A stretch of 32,000 bases of DNA from NCBI GenBank assembly GCA_964426185.1, contig CAYRPF010000024.1:5301-37300 (forward strand), read 5' to 3'. The notes under the pieces are model-generated. The model had not been told where the DNA came from. It was given only the letters and a program-made list of their open reading frames with translations, and did no database searches. The position numbers were made by a program, and so were the translations under genes. Numbering within the stretch: position 1 is the stretch's first letter; every line of letters begins with the position of its first letter. The stretch is from an uncultured archaeon. Its GTDB lineage: Archaea > Asgardarchaeota > Lokiarchaeia > Sigyniarchaeales > Promethearchaeaceae. Shown here piece by piece: positions 26,535 through 32,000 of this stretch.

Positions 26535-27155
26535 GTGAGAAAAACAGAGACAGGAGATAAATACTACAAAATTGTATACTGGGGATGCTTTGCAAGCGGT
26601 AAAACAACAGCAGTCGATACTCTGTTCAAAATTTTACAAGAAAAAACAGATTCAAAGGTACTTCCAGTAGGAGAATTAACAAAAATCGCAACCCCTTCTG
26701 GTGCTACTAACTATTTTGATCGCGGAATATTAAAAAGTGTGAACCAAGAACAACAATTCTATCATCTTTATACTGTTGCAGGTCAAAAAAGGTTCCTACC
26801 ACTACGGAGCAAAGTATTTTTCGGGGCAGATGCAGTTGTTTTGGTTGTTGATGGACAGCGTGATAAATTATCTGCTAACGAAGGTTCTATGGAAGAATTA
26901 AATGATATTGCTGAATTGCCATTAGTGGAGAAAATTCCATTAATAGTAATGATCAATAAGCAAGATTTGGACGAAATTGTCAGTAAAGAAGAAATTATTG
27001 GATTATTAAAGAAATATAATCTTTACTTTCCAGATAACCACCCTAATGCAGAAAAAAACCCCGAAATATTTGAAACCATTGCTCTTTACGAAAAAAAACA
27101 GAATATATATGAGAGTTTTGTAGAAATAATCGAAAGCTTTGAAGGAATTAGATAA
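26535..27155 (+). CDS. MglA-like small GTPase
   Basis: KIVYWG..ASGKTT, T.YFD, HLYTVAGQ (MglA-type TVxGQ in place of DxxG), GADAVVLVVD, NKQDL. GGTGA at 26521-26525. Confidence 0.88.
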   Translation: MRKTETGDKYYKIVYWGCFASGKTTAVDTLFKILQEKTDSKVLPVGELTKIATPSGATNYFDRGILKSVNQEQQFYHLYTVAGQKRFLPLRSKVFFGADAVVLVVDGQRDKLSANEGSMEELNDIAELPLVEKIPLIVMINKQDLDEIVSKEEIIGLLKKYNLYFPDNHPNAEKNPEIFETIALYEKKQNIYESFVEIIESFEGIR

Positions 27156-27176
27156 TTTTTTTTTATCCTCTTCTCT

Positions 27177-28583
27177 TTAAAGAAATGATTTTACTAACGG
27201 TAAAATACGATTAACGAATTCTGAAACAAGATTATCCATTTTTTCCACAATTTTGGGATTTGATTTAATCAAAGCCATCAAATATAAGGATTCTTCTAGT
27301 AGATCTATTCTAATAAAAATGATCATTTCTTTATCCATTTGCCAAATTGCTTTTTTTTTTTTCAAAAGTTTGAAATCTGAAAAAGTCCTATATAAATTTT
27401 GAAAATGTGGTGCGGAAATTTCTGAAACGAGTTTAGTAACTTCATTGATGGAATAATCTGAAATAATAATGGAACTATTATTGAGCAACAAAATTGCTTC
27501 TGCATCCGATTGATTGGCCAGCCATTTTAACTGCCCTCTTAAAATATCCCGATTAGGGCTTATTGATCCAATTCCTGCTGAAAAAGATTTAATGAGAGAA
27601 TACGGGTTAAAAATAGAAGTTTTACAGAATTTTACCTGAAATTTATGGGCAATTTTCGCCAATTTACTTTTAATTTGATTGATATTATCTAAAATTGAGG
27701 GATCTTTTTCAATATCTGGATCAATTTTATGTAAATTTACAATAACAGGGGGATATTGATTAAATGATTCTAAAATACGTATTATTTTAGTAAAAAAATC
27801 AAACATTTCAGGAAACCGTTCCAAATCTCTCATGTCAACAAGGAAGAATAATAAATTCGTGTCATAAAGATATAAATCTGCTTGTTTTAAAAAAGCGGTT
27901 CGATATTTCATCTGTCCTCCAACATCCCATTCCATCAGATTTTGGCCTAGAATTACTTCCTCATGCCTCTCCACCCCGCGAGTTGGTTTAATTCCTGTAA
28001 GTTCGCTATACTTTTGCTTGATTGCCCTTAAGAAACTGGTTTTTCCAGAAGCATCCAATCCAGTAAAGAGAATTTTAATATTTCTTTCTTTTCTCAAAGG
28101 AATTTTAACATGATTGAGAAATCCATCTATAGTTTCATAAAGTTTAAGGATATTTTCTCTAATTTCTTCACGATTACTACGTTTGGTAATATTGTTTGCA
28201 CAATCTCCCATAAAAATCGAAAGATCTTTCATTTGTTCATATAAAACCGAAGCATTATAATTTTTAACCAACAAAGAAATTGTAGCAGCTTTTGCCTTAC
28301 CTCTTGCAGATTCATCGCTAATAAGAAAGAAATAAGTTAATCCAGTGATTTCCATATCAGGAAATGGTAGAATTCCGAAATATTTAATCGAGGAAATCTC
28401 TTGACCATCCTGATATACTTGTTCTCCCATTAGTAGGCTAATTGATTTCATAGCAATTAGCAACTGCTGTTCTTCTGGAATTTCTGCAGGTATGCAACAA
28501 ATAGGAATAGGACCTTCACGTTCAAAAACCGAGAAGATGATACTTTGAATTATGTTTTCACTCGATTTTTCCAGTCTATTCAC
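27177..28583 (-). CDS. Fusion of FLCN/SMCR8-type longin domain, Rag-like GTPase and roadblock-like domain
   Basis: aa 12-155 carry IIFSVFEREGPIP and FFLISDESARG. aa 168-335 carry GLDASGKT, KPTRG, WDVGGQ, HKID and TSIF. aa ~345-468 show a roadblock pattern (AEAILLLNNSSIIISD). Confidence 0.8.
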   Translation of the reverse strand: MNRLEKSSENIIQSIIFSVFEREGPIPICCIPAEIPEEQQLLIAMKSISLLMGEQVYQDGQEISSIKYFGILPFPDMEITGLTYFFLISDESARGKAKAATISLLVKNYNASVLYEQMKDLSIFMGDCANNITKRSNREEIRENILKLYETIDGFLNHVKIPLRKERNIKILFTGLDASGKTSFLRAIKQKYSELTGIKPTRGVERHEEVILGQNLMEWDVGGQMKYRTAFLKQADLYLYDTNLLFFLVDMRDLERFPEMFDFFTKIIRILESFNQYPPVIVNLHKIDPDIEKDPSILDNINQIKSKLAKIAHKFQVKFCKTSIFNPYSLIKSFSAGIGSISPNRDILRGQLKWLANQSDAEAILLLNNSSIIISDYSINEVTKLVSEISAPHFQNLYRTFSDFKLLKKKKAIWQMDKEMIIFIRIDLLEESLYLMALIKSNPKIVEKMDNLVSEFVNRILPLVKSFL

Positions 28584-28676
28584 CGTAAATTCGTATTTTT
28601 ACAAAAAATTTCTTGTATGTTACATTAAAAATATTGTTCTTTCTTTCTTTAATAGATTTGGAGGGGTGAAAAAATT

Positions 28677-29561
28677 ATAGAAAATCTAGCTGATTTATTA
28701 ATTGAATTACAAAAAATTTTAGTTATCGTTGAGAAATATGAAGATCCAGAGATCTATCCTGTAAATTATATTTCTGCGGATGAATTAAGCATTCATCAAG
28801 AAGAAAATTCAAATACTCAAAAGAAAGAGCCGGAAATAATTCAAAACAATCAATTCAATCGAGTAAAAAGAATCAATCGAACCAATTATATTAAATCATT
28901 TTCGCGTGGTGATGTTATCAAAAAGAAAGATCGTTCTTACTTATTTTTACCTACAAATACCATTTATGATAATTTAGAGGAATTAGTGCAGAACTTGGCG
29001 CAGAATTATTCATTTATATCAATTTTTTCTGCATTAAGTTGGCAGGATTTTGAATGCTATTTGGTAGATTTATTAGAATCAGTTGATTTTGATACTTTCA
29101 GAACCTTTCGTTACTCAGTTAATGGTCGAAGATTTGAAATAGATTGCTTAGCTCGTAAGTTTAACCAAATCTTGTGCATTGATGCTAAAAGATGGAAAAG
29201 TAAAACAATATCGCTTTCTAAATTATGTAAAGCATTATTCAAACAGCATGAAAGAGCTCTTGCAATATCATCTTCTACCGAAGTTTCTGAAAAACTATTG
29301 AAAAAGCTGCATATTCAATTTAAAAAAACAAAAAATCAAGATAATATTGGGAAAAAACCCACCAACATAGCAGATTTGGACTATAAAGGGTATGAACAAT
29401 TTGATTTATATCCAATCATCTTAGTTTCTCATAAAATTTCTGAAATTGTTATTACAAATGAAGGATTTATTTTGGATTTTTCTCAATTTAATGATTTTAT
29501 TCAAAATTTTCAGCAATTCACCTCGGATGTTAATCCAATTAGGATTTCAAAGAATTTTTAG
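28677..29561 (+). CDS. PD-(D/E)xK nuclease (Mrr-like/NERD-like), probably with a ~100-aa N-terminal extension from a non-canonical start
   Basis: LSWQDFE...L...F...EIDCLA...IDAKRW nuclease core. The frame is open from 28656, with no ATG/GTG/TTG before 28986. GGAGGGGTGA at 28660-28669 precedes ATT 28674 and ATA 28677. Confidence 0.7.
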   Translation: MENLADLLIELQKILVIVEKYEDPEIYPVNYISADELSIHQEENSNTQKKEPEIIQNNQFNRVKRINRTNYIKSFSRGDVIKKKDRSYLFLPTNTIYDNLEELVQNLAQNYSFISIFSALSWQDFECYLVDLLESVDFDTFRTFRYSVNGRRFEIDCLARKFNQILCIDAKRWKSKTISLSKLCKALFKQHERALAISSSTEVSEKLLKKLHIQFKKTKNQDNIGKKPTNIADLDYKGYEQFDLYPIILVSHKISEIVITNEGFILDFSQFNDFIQNFQQFTSDVNPIRISKNF

Positions 29562-30410
29562 TATTTTTTTAGCAGTAATAGCTAAGGGTATAAACATGAC
29601 GCAAAATCGTATGATTTTATACAAATATTTAGGAAAATCAAGTAAACGATACATAAGAAAGTATGAACGAATAACATTAATGATTCCTTTTTTACCAACT
29701 GGACGGATTTCCATGTTAATTATTCCAGAATATTTCATGGATTTAAGAAAACGAACGAACTTTCTTCGCGGGAATATCCCATCTGGTGTAAAAAAAGGCC
29801 AATGGCAATCAACACTTCCATCTAGTTCAGAAATATGAATGTAATTAATTAAAGAAACAAGGGATGCGGGAATCTCGAAAGCGTTAGAAAGCCCATTGGC
29901 TATTATACTATGAGGAACATCAAAACAAATTCCAATTTTAGCTTTAACATGATTTTGGACTCCTAAAAACCAGTTTTCAAAGACTGCCCAAGGTTGATTG
30001 GGAAGATTTTCTAAATAGACAGGAAATGGAATTCGATCAATATTTTGATAATATAAGTGAAGATCTGCATTTGGATCTACAGGAGGGTGCACAACAATTG
30101 CTTTAACTCCAAATTCAAACCCAAATTGTTTTAAATTTTTCATAAATTCTTCAATTTTATCCTCTTTTGATCGGCTAGAAAGATCATACTTCCAATCGGT
30201 ATAATAGGGAGCATGTATAATGACAGATTTTCCAACAACTAATCTTTTTAATTTTTCAATATCATATATATCAAAAAAAATCGATGGATCAAATTCAAAA
30301 TGTTCGATTCCTGCCTTTCTGGCGATATCGGTATATAGAGAAGGGCTGAAGTTTTTATATTTTTGAATTGTAAGGCCGATAATCATTCTTCTATCATGAA
30401 TGGATATCAT
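29547..30410 (-). CDS. Sugar phosphate isomerase/epimerase (AP endonuclease 2) TIM-barrel protein
   Basis: Metal-ligand pattern IHAPY, VVHP, LENL, CFDVPH, IHIS, DCHWP, ME. Overlaps the convergent gene by 15 bp. Confidence 0.85.
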   Translation of the reverse strand: MISIHDRRMIIGLTIQKYKNFSPSLYTDIARKAGIEHFEFDPSIFFDIYDIEKLKRLVVGKSVIIHAPYYTDWKYDLSSRSKEDKIEEFMKNLKQFGFEFGVKAIVVHPPVDPNADLHLYYQNIDRIPFPVYLENLPNQPWAVFENWFLGVQNHVKAKIGICFDVPHSIIANGLSNAFEIPASLVSLINYIHISELDGSVDCHWPFFTPDGIFPRRKFVRFLKSMKYSGIINMEIRPVGKKGIINVIRSYFLMYRLLDFPKYLYKIIRFCVMFIPLAITAKKILKIL

Positions 30411-30462
30411 TTTGATAAATTAATTTTTTCGGTATTTAAAATTTCGTTTAGAAAAGAGTGAC

Positions 30463-31998
30463 ATGCACACAAATCAAGAAAATTTAACACAACCATTAAA
30501 TTCCCTCATTCAGATAGAAAAATTTTCGATTACAGAGTTCGATCTTACTGATCAAAATATCATTATTAAACTTGAGCAGATGATTTCTAAGAATTCGGAT
30601 TGGATAAACCACAAGAAAATCGCAAATACAATTAAAATTTGTCAGAAACTCTGTCAAAATGAAAAAAGAAATTCTAATTTTCCTTACAAAATGTTCTTAA
30701 TTTATGAACAAAATGATCATTCCAATATATTTAGCAGTTTGGCGCTATTCCAACATATAAACCGAAAATATGGTGCTTTACACACGGAATGGATTTTGGG
30801 GACATGGATGTACGAATATAAAAGATTAGATGATATTTTGGATTGGATTTACAAGGATGAATTTTTATCAATACTTAATGATGTAATAGAAGGTTTCAAA
30901 TCAAATATTTCATACATTTTTTGGGATTTTCTAGAAAACTCATCATTAATCCAATTGTATGAAGTACAACATTCAAGCAATATCAGCAATTATCCATATG
31001 CCTTATTTTATTATCCTTTTGATTTGAAAAAACAGAATCCGATAACTAAACGTAATTTTTATCTAAGTAGATATGGTTTTGTATATTATAATTCAAATTT
31101 TAACCCTGATTTAATACCTTTTGATTTACCTATTTTATGGAAAAAAGCTAATAAGATATACTTTCAGCTTAAAAATTATGAAATACCCTATCTTGGAAAA
31201 AATGAATTTCTTTGGAAAAAAATGCTACAACGAAAAACCGAAATTAAAAATTATCAAGTTGAAATCCAAAATAAGCTTTCTCGAATTAAAAAATGCTTTT
31301 CCAATAATTTAAGTTCCGCTGATTTTTTCCAAACCATAATTGAAGAGATGAAAAATATCAAATTAACTTTCCAAATTATAGAAATTCCTGTGAATAATCC
31401 CCAACATCGTCAATTATTACAGGAATTTCAAAATGATTTGTTAATATACATAATTGAATCGATTCCGACTCATGGTTCTTTATTTAATCAAGTTGCTCAT
31501 ATTTCAAATGAAATCAATCCTAATTTTTTTAAGTTCTCTTATCTGGAGCAAATTTTCGGCAACTTTGTAGTTATAATGTTTCTTCAACTAGAGAATGGAA
31601 AAAAAGTTTGCCTGGGCTATTCATGTGCCTCATATAAAAACAATTTAGAAACCCATTGTCGAATAATTCAAAATGGTATAATAATTGGAGAGAAATTTCG
31701 ACGATATTCATTAGGGAAGATCTTTGCATATGTTGGTGCTCGAGTTGGTGCAAGATACGGTGATATATTTTATGAAGATGCATTAATTTCAAATAAAGGG
31801 ACCCTTAAAATGATAGCATCTCTTGATTTTAAAGAATTTGGCACATTTAAGAATTTCAAATTTACTTACAATTTTAAAGAAAATAAATTTCTGCCTGTAG
31901 CGTTAAATCGGAAATATTGGTTTACAAATGAATTTTCTCGAAGAATTAGACGCCAGATTAAGAAGAATAATACCATCCCCATTAAAACTTTCCTATAA
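30463..31998 (+). CDS. Hypothetical protein with a C-terminal GNAT acetyltransferase-like domain
   Basis: LGYS...GIIIGEKFRRYSLGKIF (motif A) and SNKGTLKMIASLDFKEFG (motif B). Stop TAA at 31996-31998. Confidence 0.65.
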   Translation: MHTNQENLTQPLNSLIQIEKFSITEFDLTDQNIIIKLEQMISKNSDWINHKKIANTIKICQKLCQNEKRNSNFPYKMFLIYEQNDHSNIFSSLALFQHINRKYGALHTEWILGTWMYEYKRLDDILDWIYKDEFLSILNDVIEGFKSNISYIFWDFLENSSLIQLYEVQHSSNISNYPYALFYYPFDLKKQNPITKRNFYLSRYGFVYYNSNFNPDLIPFDLPILWKKANKIYFQLKNYEIPYLGKNEFLWKKMLQRKTEIKNYQVEIQNKLSRIKKCFSNNLSSADFFQTIIEEMKNIKLTFQIIEIPVNNPQHRQLLQEFQNDLLIYIIESIPTHGSLFNQVAHISNEINPNFFKFSYLEQIFGNFVVIMFLQLENGKKVCLGYSCASYKNNLETHCRIIQNGIIIGEKFRRYSLGKIFAYVGARVGARYGDIFYEDALISNKGTLKMIASLDFKEFGTFKNFKFTYNFKENKFLPVALNRKYWFTNEFSRRIRRQIKKNNTIPIKTFL

Positions 31999-32000
31999 TT

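Noticed and set aside
28677-30410. Restriction-modification or defence island
   Set aside because: A single PD-(D/E)xK nuclease with no DNA methyltransferase or other defence gene adjacent; the methyltransferase at 24387 is of the tRNA type.

Overview
Gene-dense, AT-rich archaeal chromosome segment, most likely from an Asgard archaeon of the Lokiarchaeia/Promethearchaeota type. This is inferred from four small GTPases, longin- and roadblock-like domains, a Loki-CTERM-like surface protein, the archaeal fni-idsA pair and GGAGG/GGTGA ribosome-binding sites. Housekeeping content: tldD (3' end) and tldE/pmbA, fni, idsA, purD, xth, a PfkB kinase, a phosphohexomutase and a Trm9-like methyltransferase. 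A block of accessory genes of families mostly known from bacteria lies at about 4.8-8.8 kb (Fe-S protein, alpha/beta hydrolase, patatin, dodecin, YgbA). No rRNA, tRNA, CRISPR array or intact transposase was recognised. The main candidate for a new system is 27177-28583(-). It fuses a folliculin/SMCR8-type longin domain that keeps the D-x-x-A-R-G arginine-finger motif to a Rag-like GTPase and a roadblock domain, suggesting a one-polypeptide GAP-Rag module. It lies tail-to-tail with an MglA-like GTPase that lacks its own catalytic arginine. The window also holds a second Rag-roadblock paralogue, a Rab-like GTPase divergent from a thioredoxin-V4R-RAM cluster, and a tandem-longin gene followed by a possible DENN-core gene. 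All domain assignments come from motifs read by eye and from remembered reference sequences; no searches were run.
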